A stretch of 64,000 bases of DNA, from positions 163,928,001 through 163,992,000 of the forward strand of contig JBNRSN020000008.1 in assembly GCA_051313645.2 (NCBI GenBank), given 5' to 3'. Origin of the DNA: Centroscyllium fabricii. Taxonomy: Eukaryota. The notes under the pieces are model-generated. The model did not search any database, was not told where the DNA came from, and saw only the letters and a program-made list of their open reading frames with translations. Position 1 is the first letter of the stretch. Each line of letters begins with the position of its first letter. Positions 27,851-39,046 of the stretch are shown in pieces. Made by a program: the position numbers and the translations under genes.

Positions 27851-29134
27851 ATTAAATGATGTCTCTGATCTTTCTATGGATAGACTGCTATCACCATTCT
27901 CCACGGACTTAGAAGCTATTCAGTTTGTACGGCTCTTAAAACGAACTCATTCCACACCGAGCACAAAAATGCACAAAAAACTCCGTCGCTTTCCTTCAAA
28001 CACCTGAAGGATGTTCGCACTATATGTCTGCAGCCAGGCACTATCGGTGCGGCGAAGCTGCAGTTAGCGGGCACGGCCAGTTCCTGCAACAATCCAGTGT
28101 TCAGTGCCTATTTAAAGCAGCTGGCAAAAGTTCCTAACACTTGTCATCTGACCCTTAACACTGGTCTGTTTTATTTCACACATTTAGCTGAATACTCGCG
28201 TTTTGCTTGGCTGCACTTGTTGATACATTGTGGCAAAGAGCATTCTTTATGAAATCTAACCATAGTGTACCAAATATTTGATTACTTAATTATTTCATAG
28301 ACAACTTAAAACGTATATATGGCATTCTCGGTGACACCTTTTCTCCCAGTGAAACCCTTTTTCTTGACAGATAGTCGCCGAACGGTCGCTATAACGCTTG
28401 CTGTTTACTTACAACGGTTCCAGCAGTTTCACGCTGTGTTTTCATGAAGTGTATGCAAAGTAATTGCATTGCCTTTATGAATAAATCCTAGACATTACAA
28501 CACTCTGGACATTTTACATGAATCTGTGCAGGGAGCTGCTGATGTGAAGTCTCTGCGATTTGTCATCGAGCCCCAGCAGTGACAGCCAGGGCCACCTGTA
28601 AACGCTCCAATAATTTGTCATTCTCTTACATTTTTTGCCAAAAGGAATTGCGCTGCTGCGTGCGCTTGACTTACTTACATTGAGTCAATAAACAAAGCGT
28701 GAAAAAGAACTTTGAAAGTAAATATCGTCCCACTTACTCGCTTCACTCTCCAAACACACAATTAAACCTACATTTCCAGCAGAAATGAATGGAACGCGCG
28801 CCACTTTGATCGCTGCTTTTGTTCCAATTCGCTCGGAATGGGAAGTTCATGTTATTTGTACTGGCTTTTGAACTTCGTGTGAACGAAAGTTAAAAAAAAA
28901 TAAAGAATAAAACAGCTACCAGTAACTGGAAAACGATGAGAATTAAAGCGAGATAAATGAAAGATGCGTGTAATGTTTAAGTATTGCGGCGCGTCTTTCT
29001 TGCAGGAAGTACAAAATGCACAAACATCTGTTCATGCTCACCTCAGTTAGATACATTGCATGTCGCTCGAGAAGCAATCTTCGTATTGACGCCGCCATCA
29101 TTGCATTTTGAATAGTCTTCCAGTATAAAATCAT

Positions 29135-29258
29135 AATGTGGAGGTGCCGGTGTTGGACTGGGGTGGACAATTGCAAGAAGTCACACAACACCAGATTATA
29201 GTCCAACGGTTTTATTTTAAATCACAAGCTTTCGGAGCTTCTGCTCCTTCCTCAGGTG
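29135..29258 (-). mobile_element. Penelope-like element 3' end with hammerhead motif
   Basis: Reverse complement of 27729-27850. Confidence 0.75.
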
Positions 29259-29798
29259 AAAAAGACTGACTTAAAGAACGCACATGTGCGATGAGGAGAG
29301 AAATCTGATATCTGAAATCAAGCAAGCAAGTAAACATAAACACTTTACAACTGACCTATTGGCCCCAAAACACCTGGGCAATACTTAAACGGCATATAAG
29401 ACGCCATATGTGTCAATTTGTGAGTCTTTGCTTTGGATGCTAGGGACCAGTGACCTTGGTGATGCAAAACTGGCCACAGCCTTCAAATAAATACTCTTAA
29501 TGGTTGGATCGTGTTTCAATGTCAGGGATACAATGGAAAGGAAGAGCAGGTCACTCGTGCCAATATATCTACAATTCCCTGTGACCCCAGGTATCTCGGT
29601 GAGGTTTATGGGGGTGTTGTGGTGATGCAGTATCTGGCTGTCACCAGGGGTGGTGGCGCGCGCTGGGGAGCGGGCTGCTCCGCCGCACACGCTCCGGGCT
29701 GGGCGCTGACTGGGTGGCCGGCACCAGGCGCCGCACTGCGCAGTCTCGGCGTTTCTATAACAGAGAACTCATTGCAGGGCCCTCAACATCATTTGATA

Positions 29799-29973
29799 GA
29801 CAAATGTAGGAAGTCACACAACACCAGGTTATAGTCCAACAGTTTTATTTTAAATCACAAGCTTTCGGAGCAGCGCTCCAAAAGCTTGTGATTTCAAATA
29901 AAACTGTTGGACTATAACCTGGTGTTGTGTGACTTCTTGCATTTGTCCACCCCAGTCCAACACCGGCACCTCC
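29799..29973 (+). mobile_element. Penelope-like end with 5' inverted duplication (palindrome)
   Basis: ~73-bp inverted arms; flanking 17-bp direct repeat acatcatttgatagaca (29786-29802, 29974-29990). Confidence 0.8.
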
Positions 29974-30044
29974 ACATCATTTGATAGACATTTTGAATGT
30001 GTTACCTCAGATGGCATGACTTGTAGACACAACTTGATTGGCCT

Positions 30045-30470
30045 GCTTGATTGGCACCCCATCCACCACCTTAAACATTCACTCCCTCCACCACCTGCGC
30101 ACTGTGGCTGCAGTGTGTACCATCTACAAGATGCACTGCAGCAACTCGCCAAGGGTTCTTTGGCAGCACCTCCCAAACCCGCGACGTCGTCCACCTAGAC
30201 GGACAAGGGCAGCAGGCACATGGGAACACCACCACCTCCAAGTTCCCCTCCAAGTCACACGCCATGCTGACCTCGAAGTATATCGCCGATCCTTCATCGT
30301 CGCTGGGTCAGAATCGTGGAACTCCCTCCCTAACAGCACCATGGGAGTAACTTCACCACACGGACTGCAGCGGTTCAAGAAGGCAGCTCACCACCATCTT
30401 CTCAAGGGCAATTAGAGATTGGCAATAAATGCTGGCATTGCCAGCGACGCCCTGATCCCATAAATGAATT
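30045..30470 (+). mobile_element. LINE 3' fragment (CR1/L2/Jockey-group ORF2 C-terminus and tail)
   Basis: Encodes IHSLHHLRTVAAVCTIYKMHC...WNSLPNS...LQRFKKAAHHHL; tail caataaatgctggcattgccagcgacgcc; tail shared with the SINE at 43691-44090. Confidence 0.7.
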
Positions 30471-32564
30471 TTTTAAAAAACTTGTCACCCACCTTGGTAA
30501 ATTCATAGAAGTACATTCTTGTGGAGGGGAAAATTATTCTTTCCAGTTAATGCCAAGCCCTGATTAGTGCCACACACATGCTTTCATTTGAACATTTTTT
30601 AGACTTAGAATTTGAGAATTTAAAAAACAATAAGTGAATTGAAAAAACAATATTTGATATAATAAAGTATCAAATAACCCTGCCTTGTTGTCTACAGAAA
30701 CTTAGTTTCATTAAGAATTTAAGAAGTCAAAGAATGAAAAAGGTCATTTAGCTCACCCCTCCAGTACATTGATTGCCCAACATGATAACCAATTGTAAAT
30801 AATGCAATTTATCATTTTTTGAGTGGGGACGTTTTTCCTAGTGTCTGTTCAAAATGTACTTCTCATTCATTTCTATTAATGTCATCTGGTCAGACGCTGT
30901 TGGTTTACTTTGAAGCAATGATCAAGATTAATGTCGCAGTATGAAGGCTCTCTAGGTGGCTCATGGAAAAACACAGTGCACAGATTTAATCGGCTGAATG
31001 GACGGTTTCTTTGCTGTAACACTAAGATTCAACAATAAGGGCCATAATTCCCTGTAACAATTCTTATTTTTTTAGAACTGCCTATTTGTGCTTAATTACA
31101 TATTATGATGAGGTCTGTTGGAAGTGAGGTTTTATGGGAATGAAAGAACAAGACACGTTTACCAAATCAATTTAACTGCCAGACAATACAAAACTCCTAC
31201 AATTACTGACATCCTGGATTATAGATCAACTTTTCTGTATCCCACAGAAGTCTGAAGACTTTCTGCAATATGGGTAGGAACTTGTGCTTTCTCTAAAACT
31301 GTCCGATGCATGACACACTCTGAGTGACAGTGATTAATATCACACCGACCAGTCAAAAAGGCACTCATGTTCATTGGTCACTGAAACACATGACACTGAA
31401 ACTATAGCTGATGTGTTCCCAAATGAAGTAACAAGTCCCAAACTCCCAGAAAGTCTTTTGCAAAGTTAATCTGTCTGAAATTCTGTTCACTTTCACTGAG
31501 ACACGGACTGCAGTTTTACGACATTAATAGTCTGGGATTGATAGTTGCACTGGGAGCATCGGAGTTCTACTGTGGACTATGCATGGCTATGAATCAACAT
31601 TGGTGCTGCCAGGAGCACCTAGTGCAGACACGGTTACACGTATCTGCATGGCTCTGCTGCCAGAAATTAAAGTTGAAACGTTTTGAAAGTGGGCAGGTGC
31701 TCCCAAACTCTCAAAGCATTAAAAATAAACCTTCTCCTTCAGTTTATAATATGCACAGGTAAACGGAATCCCTCAGCGTTTTTAAACTCGTCTGGACACC
31801 ACACTGCAGTTTCAATCCATGCACTCCAGAATCAGAGGGGACCCGTCTTTGGAATTACGTCACCACTTTTGCAAAAACTCTTTCATTTCGAGCAAGGCAA
31901 CAGTAAAGCATTAAGGCACCGCGTTGAGAAACAGCTTACATGTTTTGACTAAAATTAGAATGTCTGCAGTGGGGATTGACCAGCCTGCAACGCCTTTCCT
32001 GTTGCGCATTGGGTTTATATAGAATATTGTCATCTATCCCAATTGCCATTATGTGGAGGTATAGGATATTGTCATACGTCCTTCACCTCTAATACAAGTT
32101 CAATGATTAGGAAACACTGAACATCTGGTTGATACTCTTTATTAAATCCAGTCAGTGAGATATTAATACACAACCCCTTAGATGCAGTGTATACGAAATA
32201 TAGGTGAAATTATACTCACATATCAAGAACTCCTTCAAGAGATTGCAAGCATGCCATCCTGGCTGTGGTTACTAACCTCAGCAAGACTAGATAGAAGTTT
32301 CCCCCGTTGTGCTAAAAGTCTGTCTGCTACATCTATGTGTCTTTCTGAAATGTGTTTTAACCTAAGTATACTAGCTCAATATAATTCTATATAATGCCAA
32401 CTAGCTCATTCTATTTACTAATCTATATGCGCCTATCCTTACATACGTAATCTACATATTATTAAAAATGTTGTGTCAGTCCACAAAACGTACTTCTTGT
32501 TTTCATGTTTTGGTCACGCTTTTCTGTCAACTTTTGCCATTGTAAATTGCTATGTCAACATTTC

Positions 32565-32858
32565 CTGTTCCTGGGACTAGGGACAGGGTCGCTGGCAAGG
32601 CTTGGAAGCTAAGCAGAGCCAGGCCTGGTTAGTACTTGGATGGGCAACCACCACGGAATACCAGGTGCAGAATGTCACGAAAGGAGCCCCGGGGAGGGGC
32701 GGTTGGCTGAAGATTGTCGGAATGATGGGAAGATGGAATGGCGGCGCGCACAGACGCAGCGGCTTTGCTGGACTCTTGGGAGCTTGCAAGATCACATTTC
32801 GTTGTTCATGTACTTGTACATTGTATAATGACAATAAAGTTGAATTATTATTATTATT
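32565..32858 (+). mobile_element. 5S rRNA-derived retroposon (SINE3-like) or 5S pseudogene chimera
   Basis: 32604-32668 ggaagctaagcagagccaggcctggttagtacttggatgggcaaccaccacggaataccaggtgc matches the 5S rRNA internal control region. It is followed by a unique body and a tgacaataaagttgaa(tta)n tail. Confidence 0.65.
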
Positions 32859-33988
32859 TCACATTTGATTTTGCTCCATCAACTGTCACGGTGTAGTCCG
32901 TGTCCACTAGGTGACTCTGTGAACCGAGTTTCTGAAGATTTGGTCCCAACTCCATCACCATTTTATATATATGTGTGGGCAACACCAGTGGAAATGCATT
33001 AGTATTCCAGAAAGGCTCTGGGGGCTCAAATATTATACAGCGATGTCAGCACTGAGAAACATGCTTAGGCACAACATATGCAATGATGCCGTGAGCATTC
33101 AAATGATGCAATTACTTTCTTAATCACTTCCGGTATAATATATGTTTTACCATTAACTTATGACAAAATATTGAAATCCATACTGAAAAGCTTTAGCAAT
33201 GGTACAATGAAAATGTAATTACTACGGGAAAACACAATTTTGTAGCATCAGGAACTGAACTATCAGAAAGAAACGCCCTCACAAGGGGACACTTTTTATA
33301 CAAACTGTAAGGGTTCGGGTAGGGCCCAAATGCAGAACACCGGAAGTCCGTCCAGTAGAAATAAAATACTTTTATTTCTAAGTACCAAAATATATATATA
33401 TACAGAGACCTTAACCACAGTGTTAAACAGTGAATGAACAAGTCAATAATCCCGAGTGCAGATAAATAGTAGTTCACAAGTCCAAACCCGAGTTCAGGTG
33501 GAAAATAGAGACAAGGCCAAAAACCAAGTGTCAAGGTACTCCCAGTAAATCCACATTCATGAAGAGATGAATCCTTAGTTCAGAGTTCAGCAAATAATCC
33601 AAAACGAAACAGGAACAGACACAAATCCAAATCGACAGAACAGGTATAATCCAAAACGACTGGAACAGGTATCAAATACAATATCAACTGGAACAGGTAA
33701 AGCTAAACAGAACACTGAAACAAGTGACATGAATTAACGATCTGGCAAAGACCAAGAGCCAGCAGAAAGCTTATATCCAGCTCTAGCTCAATTGTATGAT
33801 TGGCGCTGGCCAATCCGGTGTGAGACATGACAACAGGTAAAATAAGCCAATAAACAGAAAAGAAGCATCTAGAAATTTAAAGAGACAGTCCACCCATGAC
33901 AGAACCCCCCCCTTAAGGGACGACTCCTGACGTCCCCAAAAAACCCCAACAGCCGGAATCGGGTGGGCGGAGGGGTGCGGAGGAGGGA

Positions 33989-36900
33989 CTAACAGTCCTC
34001 GGGGCCCTCGTCAACTACCATCTCCTCATCGGACTGAAAAGGATCCTCCTGCTCAGCCGATTCAAGCACCTCGTAATCAGATGCCACTCCCGTGGCCAGG
34101 GCTTCCTGAATCGGTACGGGGTTGAAACCCTGTCTAGACTTCCTAGGGATCGCCGTTTTCTTATTCGACTGGCCGGGGTGTTTCCTGTGAAACTCAGAAA
34201 TGAGCCGAGGGTCCATAATATGACGAGCAGGGACCCAGGATCTCTCTTCCGGACCATACCCCTCCCAGTCCACCAGGTACTGAAGTCCCTTCCCTCGATG
34301 ATGGGAGTCAAGTAGACGACGAACCGTGTAGACTAACCCACCGTCGAGCATACGAGGAGGTGGAGGAGGTGCGGCAACGGGTACCAAGGCACTCTCCCGA
34401 GTAGGCTTGATGTGCGAAACGTGAAAAGTAGGGTGGACCCGCATGGATTTGGGGAGCTTGAGTCTCACCGCGGCAGGGTTTACGATTTTCAGCACCTCGA
34501 AGGGTCCGATAAACCGGGGAGCAAGTTTCTTAGATTCGACTTGTAGAGGCAGATCCCTGGTGGAGAGCCAAACCTTCTGCCCAACCCGATACTCCGGAGC
34601 CTCAGAACGACGACGGTTGGCAGCAGCCGAGTATCGATCCGCCGAGCGAAGCAATGAAATCCGGGCCTGATCCCATGTTCTGTGACAACGTTGAATGAAG
34701 TCCTGGACGGACGGACAGGATACCTCCTTCTCCAGGTCCGGAAACAATGGAGGCTGGAATCCATATGCGCACTGAAAAGGCGAAAGTCTGGTAGCGGAGC
34801 TGGTCAACGTATTGTGAGCATATTCTACCCACAATAGTAACTGGGACCAGGAAGAGTGATTCTTGGAGACCATGCACCGAAGAGCCTTCTCCATCTCTTG
34901 GTTCATCCTCTCCGACTGGCCATTGGACTGAGGATGAAATCCCGACGACAGACTGACAGTGGCCCCGATGAAGGCCCTGTCACACCTAGACGTTTTAGCC
35001 AGCGTATGCAAATTTGGCTAAAACGCTGGGTTACGTCGGATACGTTATGGGTACGTTATGCATACGTTACGAGAACGCTGGCATACGCTGGGCATACGCT
35101 GGGCATACGTTGCATACGTCGTTGTACTTCGAGTAAGTCGAGAATTTTTGAGCATGCACAAAAAATCTCGACGTATCTAGCGTATGATTCACACGTTCCG
35201 CATACGCTGGCCATACGTTGTAGGCACGTTAGGCAATCGTTGAACACACCTTACCTGTGCCCCTGTCATGCCCTGTCACACCTTGACGATTTCGTATGCC
35301 AACGTATCAACATTTATCTAAAACGTCGGCGATACGCTGCCGCGCGCTATGCATACGTTAGACTATCGTTGGGCATAAGTTGAGAACGCCGACAACACGC
35401 TAAGCATTCGTTGGTATAAGTTATCTGTAAGTTATCGATACGTTCTGTGTACGTTACTAATACGTTATGCATACGTTATGAATACGCTATTATACGCCCA
35501 AAACTGAAAAAAAGTCAAAAGTTCAGCGTTTTAGCCAAATTTGCATACGCTGGCTAAAACGTCTAGGTGTGACAGGGCCTTAAGACTACAAAACTCCCTC
35601 CAGAATATTGATGTGAATTGAGGGCCTCGATCGGAGACCACGTCCAACGGAAGCCCATGAAGACGAAACACGTGCTGCAACATGAGTTCCGCTGTTTCCT
35701 TAGCAGAGGCCAGCTTTGGTAGGGGTATAAAATGAGCCATTTTACTAAATCTGTCTACCACAGTCAGGACCGTGGTCAATCCCTTGGATGAGGGTAGTCC
35801 GGTGACGAAGTCCAGGGCTATGTGGGACCAAGGACGATGTGGTATCGGTAGGGGTTGCAGAAGACCAGCAGGAGCCCGACGAGACGACTTGTGTTGGCTA
35901 CAAACCGGGCAGGCATTAACGAACTCCCGGGTGTCCTCCTCCAGTGTGTCCCACCAGAACCTCCGCAAAACAACCTCCTTGGTCCTTTGTGCCCCAGGAT
36001 GGCAGGAAAACTTGGAAGCATGAGCCCACAGAAGAACATCAGGTCGAATGCTTGTGGGTACAAACAGACGGTCGGGAGGACAACTGCTGGGCCCACCCTG
36101 ATCCCCCACAGCTGCTCTCACTCTCTCCACGATCTCCCATGTGACCGCAGCAATAAGGCAGGGAGCTGGCAAAATAAGGTCCGATCCTGGAGCAGAACCC
36201 TCCTCTTTCAGAAATAGGCGGGATAGAGCGAGCATCGAGCTTGACGTTGCGAGACCCAGGCCTGTAGGAGAGAGTAAAATTGAATCTTGTGAAGAAGAGA
36301 GACCATCTAGCCTGGCGTGAATTTAATCTCTTTGCCTTGCGTATGTACTCCAAGTTCTTGTGGTCAGTCCAAACAAGAAACGGCAGCTTGGTCCCCTCCA
36401 GCCAATGGCGCCACTCATCTATGGCCATCTTGACCGCCAGTAATTCCCGGTTCCCGATATCATAATTCATCTCCGCCGGAGACAGGCGCTTGGAGAAATA
36501 AGCACATGGATGCAGTTTCTGATCAGAAATCGACCTTTGAGATAAGATGGCTCCTACTCCCACATCAGATGCATCCACCTCCACGACGAACTGTCGATCC
36601 GGATCAGGTACCTGGAGAATGGGAGCAGATGTGAATCGGGACCTGAGTTCCTGAAACGCCTCCTCTGCGGCGAGAGACCACCTGAATGGCACCCTTGATG
36701 AGATAAGCGCCGATAACGGTGCTGCTACCGTACTGTAGCCACGAATAAATTTACGATAAAAATTTGCGAAGCCCAGAAACCGTTGCAATTGTTTTCGTGT
36801 CTCTGGACTGGGCCAAGACGTAACAGCTGTCACCTTTTCAGGGTCCATCCGCATGCTCCCCTGCGCAATGATATATCCCAGGAAGGAGACGGTAGATACA

Positions 36901-38100
36901 TGGAATTCACATTTTTCAGCCTTAACGAATAAAGAGTTTTCCAAGAGTCATTGTAAGACCGTCTGAACGTGGTGCACATGCTCCTCCTGGGATTTAGAAA
37001 AAATCAGGATGTCATCCATATAGACGAATACGAAGCGATTGAGCATGTCCCGAAGGACGTCATTGACCAGGGCCTGAAATACCGCCGGGGCGTTGGTCAA
37101 CCCAAACGGCATAACGAGATACTCGTAATGTCCAGAGGGAGTGTTGAAGGCGGTCTTCCACTCATCGCCCTCCTGTATCCGGACCAGATGGTAAGCGTTG
37201 CGAAGATCCAATTTTGAAAATATGGTTGCCCCCTGTAGCAACTCAAACGCCGAAGAGATAAGAGGAAGAGGATACCGATTCTTGACCGTAATATCGTTCA
37301 GACCCCTGTAATCGATACATGGTCGGAGCGAACCGTCCTTCTTTCCTACAAAAAAGAATCCAGCCCCCACTGGTGACGAAGAAGAACGGATGATCCCCGC
37401 CGCCATCGAGTCTCCGATATAGGTCTCCATAGCCTCCCTCTCAGGTGCTGATAACGAATATAGGCGCCCCCTAGGTGGGGAAGAACCTGGCAACAATTCA
37501 ATGGCACAATCATAGGGGCGATGTGGAGGTAGCGACGTGGCTCTAGCCTTACTGAACACCTCCCCAAAATCCTGATAATCGGTGGGAACCGCAGACAGAT
37601 CAGAAGTGGGAAGAGGTGTGACAGACTGGCGGATTATGGTAGCTTGCTTCAAACAGACCTGGTGACAGGAGGAACTCCAGCCCAAAATGGCTCCCGTGTT
37701 CCAGTCGATGTGGGGGTTGTGTCGACGAAGCCACGTGTGTCCCAGAATAAGAGGAAGCCGGGGTGAATCTAAGATATGAAAGCGAATCCTCTCATGATGG
37801 TTTCCTGACAGAAGTAAATGAATCGGCGACGTTTGATGAGTCACCGTTCCCAGGATGTGGCCATCAAGAGCGTTGGCAGAAACCGGTTGTGGCAGTGGAA
37901 CCCGGTCGATCCCTAATTGTGTAACCAGCTCCTCATCTATGATATTGACATCCGCTCCTGAGTCAATGAAGATGGCGAACGTCTGAGATCCAGAAGGAAG
38001 AAGAAGTCTGGCCTGGCACAAGGGTCGTAAATCAGAAGAGAGTCTAGTCGGAGTTCGGCTCACCAGTACGACTCCATCTACTGGTGAGTCCGGTCTTTTA
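33989..38100 (-). pseudogene. Pol (PR-RT-RNaseH-IN-chromodomain) in -1 frame to gag, disrupted
   Basis: IDSGA protease, YMDD RT, VDASD RNase [19 protein letters not shown] integrase, GPF motif, chromodomain [15 protein letters not shown]. Lesions: TGA at 36948-36950, frameshift near 36235, MITE at 34972-35580. Confidence 0.93.
34972..35580. mobile_element. Harbinger MITE (609 bp) inserted in the integrase
   Basis: Long TIRs aggccctgtcacacctagacgttttagccagcgtatgcaaatttggctaaaacgctg at both ends; flanks TGA/TAA; removing it restores the integrase reading FCSLIGATV. Confidence 0.93.
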
Positions 38101-39046
38101 CTGGACACTGAAAAACAAAATGGCCGGTCCGACCACAGTAATAGCAAAGATTTTCCCTGCGGCGTCGCCTCCGCTCCAATGGTGAGATACCGGTGCGACC
38201 CAACTGCATCGGTTCGGGGCCCCCTGGCTCAGACCCTGAAGTAGCCGAATCTCTGAACGCCCCAAATCCATCCTGAACCTGCCTTGATGGATGGCGACCC
38301 GTTGTTCCCAGCCTTCTCTCACGTTGACGTGCCTGGATACGTAGATCGATCCTAGTGGCTAGGCTAATGAGATCATCCAAGGTGGAAGGAAGATCATGTG
38401 ACACCAATTCATCCTTGATGTAACCTGCCAGTCCGTGAAGAAAAACCTCACACAAAGCAGCCATATTCCAATTGCTCAAACGAGCCTTGATACGAAAATC
38501 AATAGCGTAATCCACAACAGCCTGATTGCCCTGGCTCATGCTCATGAGACCCTCAGCTGCTTCAGCCCCAAAGGTTACCTTACCGAAAACCCTTCTTAAT
38601 TCATGGGAAAATGTCCTGAACGAAATGCAAGCCTGAGTCTCCCTCTCCCACTCGGCTGTTCCCCAAAGTCGAGCTCTTCCTGTGAGATGATTTATAACAA
38701 AAGCTACCTTTGCCTTTTCGCTGGCAAAGGTGCGAGGTTGTAAAGAAAATAAAATAGAACAATTGGTAATAAATGGATCGCACTGTTCCGGTTCACCGGC
38801 ATAACGTTCCGGTACCCCGACTCGGGGCTCGGGTGTGAGACTTTGTAGGAGAGACATGGATGCCGACTCCGATGTCGAGGCTGGTTCTGGTGTGGAAGAA
38901 GCCCCTGCCGGATCCGACGCTGCTTGCGACCTCCAGGCGGAGGTTAGCTGCTCCATTTTGGAAAACATTTCCCCAAAGGCCCGGCCTTGGTGTGCTAGGG
39001 CATCCTCGATGAGTGCCAGACGTCTCGGTGTGTCCGCTGGGTCCAT
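38078..39046 (-). CDS. Gag of sushi-type element (322 aa, intact)
   Basis: [11 protein letters not shown] capsid motif, EPMQLG, zinc knuckle [14 protein letters not shown]. Confidence 0.92.
   Translation of the reverse strand: MDPADTPRRLALIEDALAHQGRAFGEMFSKMEQLTSAWRSQAASDPAGASSTPEPASTSESASMSLLQSLTPEPRVGVPERYAGEPEQCDPFITNCSILFSLQPRTFASEKAKVAFVINHLTGRARLWGTAEWERETQACISFRTFSHELRRVFGKVTFGAEAAEGLMSMSQGNQAVVDYAIDFRIKARLSNWNMAALCEVFLHGLAGYIKDELVSHDLPSTLDDLISLATRIDLRIQARQRERRLGTTGRHPSRQVQDGFGAFRDSATSGSEPGGPEPMQLGRTGISPLERRRRRRENLCYYCGRTGHFVFQCPVKDRTHQ

Noticed and set aside
32604-32668. Functional 5S rRNA gene
   Set aside because: 5' ~45 nt missing, several substitutions, no T-run terminator, not in a tandem array.
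38150-38158. GGGAAAA as the gag-pol slippery site
   Set aside because: Not in X XXY YYZ phase with gag (AGG GAA AAT), lies before the zinc knuckle and is too far from the pseudoknot.
38078-39046. Domesticated PEG10/RTL-like host gene
   Set aside because: Flanked by near-identical LTRs and a TSD, so it is a transposon copy.
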